Notes under the pieces: model-generated
Seen by the model: the letters and a program-made list of their open reading frames with translations, nothing else
What the model was told of the DNA's origin: nothing
Databases searched by the model: none
Program-made: the position numbers and the translations under genes
From: an uncultured bacterium
Lineage (GTDB): Bacteria; Zhuqueibacterota; QNDG01; DTFT01
Length of the DNA: 64,000 bases
NCBI GenBank assembly: GCA_963736115.1
Contig: CAVTNR010000008.1
Coordinates: forward strand, 192,001 to 256,000
Reading direction: 5' to 3'
In this document: in pieces, positions 31,245-43,224 of the stretch
Layout: each line of letters begins with the position of its first letter
Numbering within the stretch: position 1 is the first letter of the stretch

Positions 31245-31272
31245 CTTTCATCTCACCCGAAAGCGTGATCCC

Positions 31273-33027
<1,755 letters not shown>

Positions 33028-33047
33028 CCCCACGAAGGAGTTTTTGA

Positions 33048-33392
33048 ATGGCCAAACCCAACATGGCGGATCTTTTCAGGCAGGCGCAGAAACTCCAGGA
33101 CGATCTCGCCCGTGCGCAGGACGCGATCGGGGAGATGACGGCCGAAGGAACGGCCGGCGGCGGCATCGTATCCGTGACCGTGAACGGAAAGCAGAAAGTC
33201 CTTTCCGTGAAGATAGACCCCGAGGTTTTTGAATCGAAGGACGCGGAGATGCTGGAGGACCTCGTCACCGCGGCCGCCAACCAGGCCATCGAACGGTCGC
33301 AGGAGATGGCCAAGGAGGAGCTCGGCAAGGTGGGCGGCGGAATGCTCGGGATGATGCCGGGCGGGATGAAACTGCCCGGGCTGGGCTTTTAG
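33048..33392 (+). CDS. ybaB: YbaB/EbfC nucleoid-associated protein
   Basis: QAQKLQ, AGGGIVSVTVNG, DAEMLEDL; synteny with dnaX and recR. Confidence 0.92.
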   Translation: MAKPNMADLFRQAQKLQDDLARAQDAIGEMTAEGTAGGGIVSVTVNGKQKVLSVKIDPEVFESKDAEMLEDLVTAAANQAIERSQEMAKEELGKVGGGMLGMMPGGMKLPGLGF

Positions 33393-33399
33393 GCGGAAC

Positions 33400-33999
33400 G
33401 TGAAATACCCGTCCGAAACACTGGCCCGGCTCATCGAGGCCTTCACCCGGCTCCCCGGCATCGGCGAGAAATCAGCGCAGCGGATCGCCCTGCACCTGCT
33501 CCGCGACGGCCGGGCCGACGTGGAAACCCTGTCCCGGGCCATCCTCGCGCTCAAGGAAAAAGTCGGCCGATGTTCGATTTGCTTCAACCTCGCGGAGGAG
33601 GACCCCTGCGCGATCTGCACGGACCCCCAGCGGGACCGGGGCGTGGTCTGCGTGGTGGAGGACCTGAAGGATCTCCTGGCCATTGAACGGGCGGGCGGGT
33701 ACCGGGGCCTGTACCATATTCTCGGAGGCGTGCTGTCGCCCCTGGACGGCGTCGGCGAGGACGATCTCCGGATTCGGGAGCTTCTCGGCCGCGTTGGCCC
33801 CGGTCTGCGGGAAATCATCGTGGCGACCAACCCCACCATGGAGGGGGAGATGACGGCGGGGCACCTGCTGCCCCTGCTCAAGGCGAAGGGGATTCGGGTC
33901 ACCCGCATCGCGCGGGGCATCCCCTTCGGCGGCGCGCTCGAGTTCAACGACGCGGTCACCGTGGCCAAGGCCATGGACGGCCGCGTGGAAATGGAGTAG
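33400..33999 (+). CDS. recR: Recombination protein RecR
   Basis: LPGIGEKSAQR, C4 zinc finger, ATNPTMEGE. Confidence 0.95.
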   Translation: MKYPSETLARLIEAFTRLPGIGEKSAQRIALHLLRDGRADVETLSRAILALKEKVGRCSICFNLAEEDPCAICTDPQRDRGVVCVVEDLKDLLAIERAGGYRGLYHILGGVLSPLDGVGEDDLRIRELLGRVGPGLREIIVATNPTMEGEMTAGHLLPLLKAKGIRVTRIARGIPFGGALEFNDAVTVAKAMDGRVEME

Positions 34000-34265
34000 C
34001 CCCGGCCGCGACGGCGCGGAACCCGCCCGCGGACCCGGGAAGGCAGGGCGCATCCGCCCGCCGGTCCGGTCACCGGAATTTCTCAATCGGGCGGCCAGAA
34101 GCCTGTTCATTCTGGTTCCAGTTATATTGGATGATCGGAGATCGGGCTTCTGGCCGCTCCGACGGGTCCGATTTAACGCCGCCTGCGGCGACGATCATCT
34201 AAATTCTCTGTGATACCTCGCAGCGGGCGGCGGTGTCCTTCTTCGGATAACGCAAGCGTGAAGCC

Positions 34266-34883
34266 ATGAATCTGCCGAACCAACTTTCCATCCTGCGCAT
34301 TCTGCTCACGCCGATCTTCGTGTCGCTGCTCTTCGTGGAGCACCTGCCGTTCAAGATCGCCGCGTTTGTCGTATTCGTCGCGGCCACCCTCACGGATTAC
34401 TACGACGGATACGCCGCGCGCAAATACAACATCATCACCATGACGGGCCAGTTCCTGGACCCGCTCGCCGACAAGATCCTTGTTTCCTCGAGCCTCATCA
34501 GCTTCAACGTGCTGGGCTATGTGCCGACGTGGATGGTGCTGGTCATCGTGATCCGGGACTTCGCCATCACCGGATTCCGTTCCTATGCCATTCTCAAGGC
34601 GAAACCCATTGTCACGCACCGGCTGGCCAAGGCCAAGACCTACATGCAGATGGTGGTCCTGTACGGGGTTTTCCTTTATCATCTGGCGGTTTGGCCGGAG
34701 CCCGCGTCCCGGTTCGAGCCTTTTCTCGTCAGGATCCAGGAGTGGAACGTGCTGTACAACCTCCTGCTCGGGGTCACGGCGCTGACCGTCATCACGGGCG
34801 GCCTGTATCTCGTCGAGAACCGCTCTCACATCAAGGCCATCGCGCGCAACATAGTCCGCATCTTTCTCCCCTCGGATGGCTGA
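34266..34883 (+). CDS. pgsA: CDP-diacylglycerol--glycerol-3-phosphate 3-phosphatidyltransferase
   Basis: MNLPNQLS, TDYYDGYAAR..GQFLDPLADK. Confidence 0.92.
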   Translation: MNLPNQLSILRILLTPIFVSLLFVEHLPFKIAAFVVFVAATLTDYYDGYAARKYNIITMTGQFLDPLADKILVSSSLISFNVLGYVPTWMVLVIVIRDFAITGFRSYAILKAKPIVTHRLAKAKTYMQMVVLYGVFLYHLAVWPEPASRFEPFLVRIQEWNVLYNLLLGVTALTVITGGLYLVENRSHIKAIARNIVRIFLPSDG

Positions 34884-35385
34884 GCATTCCCGCCTCATGA
34901 GCCGCATCGCCCGACTCGCGGCCACCACCTTCGGGACCGGGCTGTCGCCTGTCGCGCCCGGAACGGCCGGCAGTCTTGTCGCGGCCGCGGCATTGGCTTG
35001 GGCCGGAAGCGTGCGGCCGCTCCCGTCTTGCTCCGTTTGGCTGGCCGCGGTTCTCGTTCTTCTCTTTTTTGCGGGCAAATGGGCGTCGGACGTCGTGGAG
35101 GCGGATGAGGTGAGGGCCGGCCGGGGGAAGGACCCGTCCATGGTCAACATCGACGAGGCCTTCGGCATGGGCGTGTCCGCGCTGTTCTGGCCGAACGGCG
35201 CGTCCATCGCCTGGCTGATCCCGGCGTTCCTGCTGTTCCGGCTCTTCGACATCGTGAAGCCGTTTCCCGCGAACCGCAGCCAGTCTCTACCCGGCGGATG
35301 GGGCATCATGGTCGATGACCTGATCGCGGGAGTGTACGCCAATCTGGCACTGCAGATCGTCATGAGAATAATATTTAAGTTGTAG
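34876..35385 (+). CDS. pgpA: Phosphatidylglycerophosphatase A
   Basis: APGTAGS, DPSMVNIDE, FRLFDIVKP, GGWGIMVDD. Confidence 0.92.
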   Translation: MAEHSRLMSRIARLAATTFGTGLSPVAPGTAGSLVAAAALAWAGSVRPLPSCSVWLAAVLVLLFFAGKWASDVVEADEVRAGRGKDPSMVNIDEAFGMGVSALFWPNGASIAWLIPAFLLFRLFDIVKPFPANRSQSLPGGWGIMVDDLIAGVYANLALQIVMRIIFKL

Positions 35386-35499
35386 GTCCGATATGCCTCG
35401 CGCATCGGCGCGAGGCTATCGGACATTCATAAATCGATGTCCGATGGCGGCAGATGTCCGAAAGCCTCGCTGAAAAGATGCGAGGCATTCCGGACATAC
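35382..35499. repeat. Inverted pair of GTAGGTCCGA REP-like elements
   Basis: First copy supplies the pgpA TAG stop; degenerate inverted copy at about 35456-35499. Confidence 0.75.
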
Positions 35500-35559
35500 A
35501 TGGTTCAATGGTAAATTGAAAAGCGTCCATCGTCGTTGTTTTGATTAATTCCATTCGAT

Positions 35560-36804
35560 ATGCCAATCACCGCTGAAATCATAACAATCGGTTCCGAACT
35601 TCTCACCGGCCTGACGGTGAACACCAATGCGGCGTTCATCGGCGAGCGCCTGACGGCCGCGGGAGTGGATGTCCGTGCGGTAGCGACCGTGGACGATGAC
35701 GAATCCGGCATACGGGCCGCCGTGGAAACCGCCCTGTCGCGGGCCGGTCTGGTCATCTGCACGGGCGGGCTCGGCCCCACGAACGACGACGTGACCAAAA
35801 AGGCCGTGGCCGCCTGCTTCGGCCGGGAGCTGGTCCTCTTGCCGGACGCAATGGCCCGTATCGAGGCGGCTTTCCGCGCCATGGGCCGCGACATGGCGCC
35901 GGCCAACCGCCTGCAGGCCCTGATACCCGAAGGCGCGGAGCCGGTCCCGAATCCGGTCGGCCAGGCGCCGGGCTTCATCCTTTTCCGGGACGGCCGTATG
36001 CTCATCGCGCTGCCCGGGGTTCCGTCCGAGATGCGGGCCATGATGGACGAAACCGTTGTCCCCAGGCTGAAGGCCCAAGGCGGAACCGCGTCCGCCGTGC
36101 TGGCGCTCCGCACTTCCGGCCTTCCGGAATCCGACGTCGGCCGCAAACTTGAGGATTTCCCCTCCCTGTTCCCGGATGTGCGCGTGGGGTTCTATCCGGA
36201 CAGCACGGGCGTCACGGTGCGCCTGATGACTTTCGGATCTTCGGCCGAGGCCTGCGAAAACAGGGTCCGGCAGGCCGGAGAGACCGCGGCGGACCGGCTC
36301 GGACCGGCGGTGTACGGGACGGGAAGCGATTCCCTGGAATCCGTGATCGGACGCCTGCTGACGGAAAGCGGCCGTTCTCTGGCCGTGGCTGAGTCGTGCA
36401 CCGGCGGGCTGATCAGCCACAGGATCACCAATGTGTCCGGCAGTTCCGCCTATTACGTGCGCGGCGTGGTGGCCTACCGTAACGATGTCAAGACCGCTTT
36501 ACTCGGCGTGCCGCGGAACCTCCTGGAGAAGCACGGCGCGGTGAGCGCGGAATGCGCGGCCGCCATGGCCGAGGGCGTGCGATCCGCGGCAGGGACGGAT
36601 TTCGGTCTTTCCGCCACAGGCATCGCAGGCCCTTCGGGCGGGAGCGCGGAAAAACCGGTGGGACTTGTTTTCATCAGCTGCGCGGATGCTTCCGGAACCG
36701 TGACGGAGAGGCACCGGTTTCTTCGCGACAGGCTGTGGAACAAGGAAAGGTCCGCGACAGCGGCCCTGGACCTGCTCCGCCGCCGTCTGCAGGGTTTTGT
36801 GTAA
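35560..36804 (+). CDS. cinA: Competence/damage-inducible protein A (with PncC domain)
   Basis: IGSELL, GGLGPTNDD, LPGVPSEM, AESCTGG, TGIAGP. Confidence 0.94.
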   Translation: MPITAEIITIGSELLTGLTVNTNAAFIGERLTAAGVDVRAVATVDDDESGIRAAVETALSRAGLVICTGGLGPTNDDVTKKAVAACFGRELVLLPDAMARIEAAFRAMGRDMAPANRLQALIPEGAEPVPNPVGQAPGFILFRDGRMLIALPGVPSEMRAMMDETVVPRLKAQGGTASAVLALRTSGLPESDVGRKLEDFPSLFPDVRVGFYPDSTGVTVRLMTFGSSAEACENRVRQAGETAADRLGPAVYGTGSDSLESVIGRLLTESGRSLAVAESCTGGLISHRITNVSGSSAYYVRGVVAYRNDVKTALLGVPRNLLEKHGAVSAECAAAMAEGVRSAAGTDFGLSATGIAGPSGGSAEKPVGLVFISCADASGTVTERHRFLRDRLWNKERSATAALDLLRRRLQGFV

Positions 36805-36902
36805 ATGCGGAACCCGGGAAAACCCTTTTCGCGGTGCCGATCCGTCCGAGCCGAGCCGGGGATTTGGGGCTTGCTTTTCACCCGTAAATTTATAAATTTT
36901 AG

Positions 36903-37487
36903 ATGAGTGTGCCTGACGTGAATGAATCGGTCCGGACCTTTATCGCGGTTCCCGTGCCGGATTCCGTACGCAGGAGCATCACGTCCCTTCTCGCGCCCCT
37001 GAAACGGCTGGATGCGGACGTGAAATGGGTGCGGCCGGAGAGCCTGCATCTGACGCTCAAGTTTCTCGGAGACGTTGAAACCGGCCGCGTCCCGGCAGTG
37101 GGGGACGGAGTGGCCGAAGCCGTCGCGGGAGAGCGGGCCTTCAGTCTTCAGCTCGGCGGGTCCGGATTCTTTCCGAACGCGAAACGGCCCGCCGTGATCT
37201 GGATCGGCGTGACCGAAGGAGCCGGCAGTTTAACGCGACTGGCGGAGGCGGTTGACGCCGCGGCCGTCCGATGCGGTTTCGAGGCCGAAGCCAGGCCGTT
37301 TTCCGCCCACCTCACCGTTGGCCGGGTGCGCTCTCCCCGCGGAATGGACCGTCTCGTCCCGCTCCTGTCCGGGAGCCGGTACCAGAGCGAGCCGTTCCCC
37401 GTCGACGTCGTCCTGATCATGAAAAGCGATCTACAGCGCACCGGAGCGGTTTACACCCCGTATCGAACCATCCAATTGAAGGATTGA
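36903..37487 (+). CDS. thpR: RNA 2',3'-cyclic phosphodiesterase (2H family)
   Basis: HLTLKFLG and HLTVGR motifs. Confidence 0.92.
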   Translation: MSVPDVNESVRTFIAVPVPDSVRRSITSLLAPLKRLDADVKWVRPESLHLTLKFLGDVETGRVPAVGDGVAEAVAGERAFSLQLGGSGFFPNAKRPAVIWIGVTEGAGSLTRLAEAVDAAAVRCGFEAEARPFSAHLTVGRVRSPRGMDRLVPLLSGSRYQSEPFPVDVVLIMKSDLQRTGAVYTPYRTIQLKD

Positions 37488-37490
37488 AAG

Positions 37491-38555
37491 ATGGCTGAAA
37501 ACGCGAACACCGAAAAACGCAAGGCGCTTGACCTGGCGCTCTCCCAGATCGACCGGCAGTTCGGCAAGGGGTCGATCATGCGGCTCGGAGAGAACTCCGG
37601 GACCATCCCCATCGAGGTCATTCCGACCAGCTCCCTGGCGCTCGACGCGGCCCTGGGTGTGGGCGGCGTTCCCCGCGGCCGCATCATCGAAGTGTACGGC
37701 CCGGAATCATCCGGCAAGACCACGCTTGCGCTGCACATCATCGCGGAGGCGCAGCATCTCGACGGCATCGCCGCGTTCATCGACGCGGAGCACGCCATGG
37801 ACGCGAAATACGCGAAGGCCCTGGGCGTGGACACCGACAACCTCCTGGTTTCCCAGCCCGACACCGGCGAGCAGGCGCTCGAAATCACCGAGACGCTCGT
37901 CCGCTCGGGCGCGCTGGATGTGGTCGTCATCGACTCGGTCGCGGCGCTGGTGCCTCGCGCGGAAATCGAGGGCGAAATGGGCGACGCACAGATGGGACTT
38001 CAGGCCCGCCTCATGTCGCAGGCCCTGCGCAAGCTCACGGGCGCGATCAGCAAGTCCAACACCTGCGTCGTGTTCATCAACCAGATTCGAGAGAAGATCG
38101 GGGTTATGTTCGGCAACCCCGAGACCACGACGGGAGGCCGCGCGCTCAAGTTCTATTCCTCGGTACGCCTCGAAATCCGCAAGGTCCAGCCCATCAAGGA
38201 CGGCACGGACATCATCGGCAGCCGCACCAAGGTCAAGGTCGTCAAGAACAAGGTCGCGCCGCCGTTCAAGGAAATCGAATTCGACATCCTGTTCGGCCAG
38301 GGCATTTCGAAGACCGGCGAGCTGGTGGACATGGGGTCCGACCTGGGCGTTCTGGACAAGAGCGGCACGTGGTATTCCTTCGGTTCCGAGCGCATCGGCC
38401 AGGGCCGCGACAATGTGCGGAAATTCCTCCTCCAGCCGGAAAACAAGGACATCCTGCAGAAGATCGAGTCTGCGGTGAAGGAAAAGCTCGGTCTCGCCGC
38501 GGCCCCTCCGCCGGAACCGGAGAAGGAGAAGCCCAAAGAGAAGGCGAAACCCTAG
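37491..38555 (+). CDS. recA: Recombinase RecA
   Basis: [34 protein letters not shown]. Confidence 0.98.
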   Translation: MAENANTEKRKALDLALSQIDRQFGKGSIMRLGENSGTIPIEVIPTSSLALDAALGVGGVPRGRIIEVYGPESSGKTTLALHIIAEAQHLDGIAAFIDAEHAMDAKYAKALGVDTDNLLVSQPDTGEQALEITETLVRSGALDVVVIDSVAALVPRAEIEGEMGDAQMGLQARLMSQALRKLTGAISKSNTCVVFINQIREKIGVMFGNPETTTGGRALKFYSSVRLEIRKVQPIKDGTDIIGSRTKVKVVKNKVAPPFKEIEFDILFGQGISKTGELVDMGSDLGVLDKSGTWYSFGSERIGQGRDNVRKFLLQPENKDILQKIESAVKEKLGLAAAPPPEPEKEKPKEKAKP

Positions 38556-38558
38556 GGC

Positions 38559-39230
38559 ATGGAAGAAGACGTTTTCCGCGTCACCGCGATTGAGCGGCAG
38601 AAGCGGAATCCATCCCGGGTCAGCGTGTACCTCGACGGCACGTTCGCGTTCGGAATCGACGACGAGGTGCTCTTTCGCCACCCGATACACGAGGGTGACG
38701 AACTCCGCGAGTCGTTCGTCGACGAGGTGCTCCTATCGGACGAGCGGGTTCGGGCCAAGGCCAAGGCCCTGCGATTGCTCGGCCGCCGCGCCCTGACCGC
38801 GGCGGAACTGCGGGACCGTCTCGAGGACAAGGATTTCTCGGACCGCGTCATCCGGCTCGTGATCGGGGATCTGTCGGCGGTCGGACTGCTGAATGACGCG
38901 GCCTTTGCTGAATCGTTCGTCCACGACCGGATGATGCTCAGGCCCTGCTCGAAACGGATGCTGGTGATCGAGCTGGTGCGGAAGGGTTTGGCCGAGGAGG
39001 AGGCCGGCCGCGTCGTGGACGCGTCCTACGGCCCGAAAAGCGAGGCGGAAGTGGCCGGTGACCTGGCGCGGAAAAAGGCGCGGTCCCTGACCGGGGAAGA
39101 CCCCCGCCGCGTGCGGCAGAAGGTGGCGGATTTCCTGTTCCGCAGGGGTTTCGAATGGGACATCGCCTCGGAGGCGGTGCTCCGGGCCGTTGAGGAGACG
39201 ACGGGCGGGGAACAGAACATGGACGATTGA
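38559..39230 (+). CDS. recX: Regulatory protein RecX
   Basis: Downstream of recA; LLND..FA, FLFRRGF. Confidence 0.88.
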   Translation: MEEDVFRVTAIERQKRNPSRVSVYLDGTFAFGIDDEVLFRHPIHEGDELRESFVDEVLLSDERVRAKAKALRLLGRRALTAAELRDRLEDKDFSDRVIRLVIGDLSAVGLLNDAAFAESFVHDRMMLRPCSKRMLVIELVRKGLAEEEAGRVVDASYGPKSEAEVAGDLARKKARSLTGEDPRRVRQKVADFLFRRGFEWDIASEAVLRAVEETTGGEQNMDD

Positions 39231-39257
39231 AGATCGACGATTTTCGATTGTCGATTT

Positions 39258-39356
39258 GTAGGTCCGAAATGCCGAGCCCTCCGGGCGAGGCTTTCGGACA
39301 TCGGTTCATAAACGTCCGATAGCCTCGCGCCCATGCGCGAGGCATATCGGACCTAC
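39258..39356. repeat. REPIN-like doublet of GTAGGTCCGA elements
   Basis: GTAGGTCCGA...TCGGACCTAC, two inverted hairpin units. Confidence 0.8.
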
Positions 39357-39409
39357 AATGGGATCGGTTTTTTCCTTGAACTTTGAACTTTGAACTGGAT
39401 CATCCGACC

Positions 39410-42031
39410 ATGACCTCCCCTGAAATCCGCAAATCCTTTCTGGACTTCTTCGCCGAACGCGGCCATAAGATCGTGCCGAGCGCGCCCGTGGCGCCGCTGG
39501 ACGATCCCACCCTGCTGTTCACCAACGCGGGCATGAACCAGTTCAAGGACGTGTTCCTCGGCACCGGAACCCGGCCCTACAGGCGCGCGGCGGACTCGCA
39601 GAAATGCATACGCGTGTCCGGCAAGCACAATGACCTCGAGGAAGTCGGATTCGACACCTACCACCACACGTTCTTCGAGATGCTGGGCAACTGGTCGTTC
39701 GGCGACTATTACAAGGAGGAGGCCATACGCTGGGCCTGGGAGCTGGTGACCGGGGTCTGGGGTGTTCCCAAGTCGTCGCTCTGGACCACGGTGTTCCGCG
39801 AGGACGACGAGGCCGAGGCCCTGTGGAAGAAGGTCACGGATATCGGGTCAGGCCGCGTGCTCCGCTTCGCGGAGAAAGACAATTTCTGGGAAATGGGCGA
39901 GACCGGACCCTGCGGGCCCTGCTCCGAGATCCACATCGACCGGGGCGAGGGATATTGCGACAAAAAGGCCGTTCCCGGCCACGTCTGCGCCGTAAATGGG
40001 GGCTGTGCCCGGTACATCGAGCTCTGGAACCTCGTCTTCATCCAGTACAACCGGGACGCGTCCGGCGTGCTGAATCCACTGGCGTCGAAACACGTGGATA
40101 CGGGCATGGGCTTCGAACGGGTCGTGGCCGTCCTGCAGGACAAAGCTTCGAATTACGAGACCGATGTGTTCACGCCCCTGATCAAGGCCGTGTCGGAGAT
40201 CACCGGCGTCTCGCCCGAGGATCCGGAGCGCCTTCCGGCCTTCCGCGTGATCGCGGACCATATCCGGTCCCTCTGTTTCGCGGTGACGGACGGCGCGCTC
40301 CCGTCCAACGAGGGCCGGGGCTATGTGCTGAGGCGCCTTCTGCGGCGCGCGGCCCGGTACGGACGCACGCTGGGCATGAATGAACCGTTCATGCACGAGC
40401 TCGCTTCCGTTGTCGTGGACACCATGGCCGGCGCCTATCCGGAGCTCAGGACCATGGCCGGCCACACGGCCCATGTTATCCGCAGCGAGGAAGAACGGTT
40501 CAATGAAGTGCTGGACCGCGGCATCGAGATTTTCGAGACTGTCTCGTCCGACGTGCTGAAACGGGGCGGAAAAGCCGTTCCGGGCGCTGAGGCGTTCAGG
40601 CTGTACGACACCTTCGGCTTCCCGCTCGATCTGACCCAGTTGATGGCCCGTGAAAAGGGCCTCTCGGTCGACGCGGAGGGTTTCGAACAGGAGATGGAGG
40701 CTCAGCGCTGCAGAGCCCGTGAAGGCCACAAGTTCGCGGCGGCCGAGGCCTGCGACTGGGATGAGCTGTCCGCGGGCCCGCATTCGGAATTCGTCGGGTA
40801 TGAGACGCTCGAGGCCGAGGCCCGCATCCGCAGGATGAGCCGCGACGGCGAAGGCGTCCGGGTCGTGCTTGACCGCACCCCGTTCTACGCGGAATCGGGC
40901 GGACAGGCCGGGGATCAGGGCGTCATCACCGGCCAAGGTTTCCGGATCCGCGTGGACGATACGGTCCGGCAGGGTGACGCGATCGTTCATGTCGGCGTGT
41001 TCGAAGAAGCGTCCGGCAAATGCGACGGCTCCGTGACCGCAACCGTGAACCGGGATGACCGCATGGCCACGGCGCGGAACCACACATCCACGCACCTTTT
41101 GCACAAGGCGCTCCGCGAGGTTCTGGGGGCGCATGTCAACCAGGCCGGGTCCGCGGTGGATGCGGAGCGCATGCGCTTCGACTTCACGCATTTCGAGGCC
41201 ATGACGGCTGAACAGGTCGACACAGTGGAAGAAATCGTCAACGCCAAAGTCCGGGAGAATCTGGCCGTTGATAAAATCAAGACGTCCCTGACCAAGGCGA
41301 AGGAAATGGGCGCCACGGCCCTGTTCGGAGAGAAGTACGGGGACGAGGTACGGGTCGTGAAAATCGCGGACTATTCCATGGAACTGTGCGGTGGCACGCA
41401 CCTTGACGCCACAGGTCAGATCGGGTATTTCCGCATCGCACGCGAGGAGGGTGTGGCCGCGGGCGTGCGGCGTATCGAGGCCGTGACCGGCGCCGCAGCC
41501 GACGCGCTGCTGCGGGGCGAGAAGCGCCTGCTTCGCGGCCTCGAGGCGACGCTCAAGGCCTCAGCGGCGGAATTGCCGAAGCGCATCGAATCCCTGCAGG
41601 AGGAGAAGAAGGAGCTCGAGCGGAGGCTGAAAAAGGCCCAGCAGTCTGGCGCGGGGTCCGAGATTGACAGGCTGGTACAGAATGCAGTGACGGTTGGCAC
41701 ATTCAAAGTAGCAGCCGGTCGCGTCGACGCCTCGGATGCGGATGAGCTTCGTACCATGGGGGACAATCTTCGCGCAAAGATCAAGTCCGGAGTAGGGGTT
41801 CTGTGCACTGATTTGGGCGATAAAGGGTCCATAATTGCCGTCGTGACGGACGATTTGATCAAGTCGGGACAACTGAAAGCGGGCGATATCGTTAAGAAAG
41901 TCGCAGAGATTGCAGGAGGAAGCGGGGGGGGCAAGCCTCATCTGGCATTGGCAGGATGTAAGGATACAACCAAGCTCGATGAGGCGATGGGGAAGGCTGT
42001 TGAAATTGTACAGGGGATGATTAAGAAGTAA
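39410..42031 (+). CDS. alaS: Alanine--tRNA ligase
   Basis: DPTLLFTNAGMNQFK, HHTFFEMLGN, DTGMGFER, NHTSTH, ELCGGTH, GGSGGG. Confidence 0.98.
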   Translation: MTSPEIRKSFLDFFAERGHKIVPSAPVAPLDDPTLLFTNAGMNQFKDVFLGTGTRPYRRAADSQKCIRVSGKHNDLEEVGFDTYHHTFFEMLGNWSFGDYYKEEAIRWAWELVTGVWGVPKSSLWTTVFREDDEAEALWKKVTDIGSGRVLRFAEKDNFWEMGETGPCGPCSEIHIDRGEGYCDKKAVPGHVCAVNGGCARYIELWNLVFIQYNRDASGVLNPLASKHVDTGMGFERVVAVLQDKASNYETDVFTPLIKAVSEITGVSPEDPERLPAFRVIADHIRSLCFAVTDGALPSNEGRGYVLRRLLRRAARYGRTLGMNEPFMHELASVVVDTMAGAYPELRTMAGHTAHVIRSEEERFNEVLDRGIEIFETVSSDVLKRGGKAVPGAEAFRLYDTFGFPLDLTQLMAREKGLSVDAEGFEQEMEAQRCRAREGHKFAAAEACDWDELSAGPHSEFVGYETLEAEARIRRMSRDGEGVRVVLDRTPFYAESGGQAGDQGVITGQGFRIRVDDTVRQGDAIVHVGVFEEASGKCDGSVTATVNRDDRMATARNHTSTHLLHKALREVLGAHVNQAGSAVDAERMRFDFTHFEAMTAEQVDTVEEIVNAKVRENLAVDKIKTSLTKAKEMGATALFGEKYGDEVRVVKIADYSMELCGGTHLDATGQIGYFRIAREEGVAAGVRRIEAVTGAAADALLRGEKRLLRGLEATLKASAAELPKRIESLQEEKKELERRLKKAQQSGAGSEIDRLVQNAVTVGTFKVAAGRVDASDADELRTMGDNLRAKIKSGVGVLCTDLGDKGSIIAVVTDDLIKSGQLKAGDIVKKVAEIAGGSGGGKPHLALAGCKDTTKLDEAMGKAVEIVQGMIKK

Positions 42032-42039
42032 TAATCAAT

Positions 42040-42368
42040 GTCATCCCCGCGCAAGTGTTTTTTTCATCCGCGTCAGCGGACGGGGATCCAGCCTTTCGAA
42101 CGCCGGTTGATAAATGTCCGATAGCCTCGCGCGAATGCGCTCGGCATATCGGACCTACATGAAGATGGATTATAAGGCTTTCGATAACGGATATAATATT
42201 TTTTGGAGTGCGGTGACATGTCACCGCTTTAATGGGCGCCGACATGTCGGCGCCGGTGTGAACCGCCGCTCCATGATAGCGGCGTCGCGACGCCGCACTC
42301 CGAAAAAGGACATCGGTTGATAAACGTCCGATAGCCTCGCGTGAATGCGCTCGGCATATCGGACCTAC
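42040..42368. repeat. Mosaic of palindromic repeats
   Basis: GTCATCCCCGC..GGGGATCCA (42040-42090), two TCGGACCTAC REPs (42116, 42326), GGAGTGCGG..CCGCACTCC (about 42205-42301). Confidence 0.7.
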
Positions 42369-42408
42369 AATGGATACTTATTCCTTTGAACTTTGAACTG
42401 AGTTTCCC

Positions 42409-43170
42409 ATGACCATCCACCAGAAACTCCTCGACATCGTCAAAACCCGCGGCGCGGGATACCTGGTCCTGCTCGACCCGGACCGCAAGTCCCCGGAATC
42501 CCTGGCCGCGTTCGCGCAAACCTGCGAAGCGCAGGGCGCGGACGGAATCCTCATCGGCGGCAGTCTTCTGCTGGACGACGGATTCGACCAATGCGTGGAG
42601 GCTGTCAAAAAGGCCGTCCGCGTCCCTGTCCTGCTTTTCCCCGGGAACGGACGTCAGCTATCCAGGCACGCGGACGCGGTGCTGTTCATGAGCCTGATCA
42701 GCGGCCGGAATCCCCAATTCCTCATCGGCGAACAGGTGACTTCCGCGCCCGTCGTCCGGGCGATGGGTCTCGAACCTGTTTCCATGGCCTACCTGCTGGT
42801 GGAATCGGGCGAAACCACGGCCGCGGAATTCATGAGCGCCACGCGGCCGCTTCCCCGAAACAAGCCTGAAATCGCGGCCGCGCACGCGCTGGCCGCTGAA
42901 TACCTGGGAATGAAGCTCGTGTACCTCGAAGCCGGAAGCGGAGCGAAGCAGTCCGTTCCCGAAACCATGGTCGCGGCCGTGGCCAAAACCGTGTCCGTGC
43001 CCGTGATCGTGGGCGGCGGCATACGCACGCCGGAGGACGCGGCGGCCAAGGTGAAGGCGGGCGCGTCTTTTGTGGTGACCGGTAATGTTCTCGAGAAAGA
43101 GGGCGGTCCGGATCTGGTCCGGAGCCTCTCGGACGCGGTCCATGGTGCTGCGGGACGCGGGACTTTGTGA
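42409..43170 (+). CDS. Geranylgeranylglyceryl/heptaprenylglyceryl phosphate synthase (group II-like)
   Basis: LLDPD, ILIGGS, LFPG, SLISGRNPQFLIGEQ, YLEAGSG, VGGGIR. Confidence 0.9.
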   Translation: MTIHQKLLDIVKTRGAGYLVLLDPDRKSPESLAAFAQTCEAQGADGILIGGSLLLDDGFDQCVEAVKKAVRVPVLLFPGNGRQLSRHADAVLFMSLISGRNPQFLIGEQVTSAPVVRAMGLEPVSMAYLLVESGETTAAEFMSATRPLPRNKPEIAAAHALAAEYLGMKLVYLEAGSGAKQSVPETMVAAVAKTVSVPVIVGGGIRTPEDAAAKVKAGASFVVTGNVLEKEGGPDLVRSLSDAVHGAAGRGTL

Positions 43171-43224
43171 CGCGGGCCCGCGGGAATCGGAAACCAGGCG
43201 TATCCTTCGGGAGTTCAATGACGG

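Noticed and set aside
30997-31272. N-terminal extension of DnaX in the ORF track
   Set aside because: Overlaps the SRP RNA; the conserved start is ATG 31273
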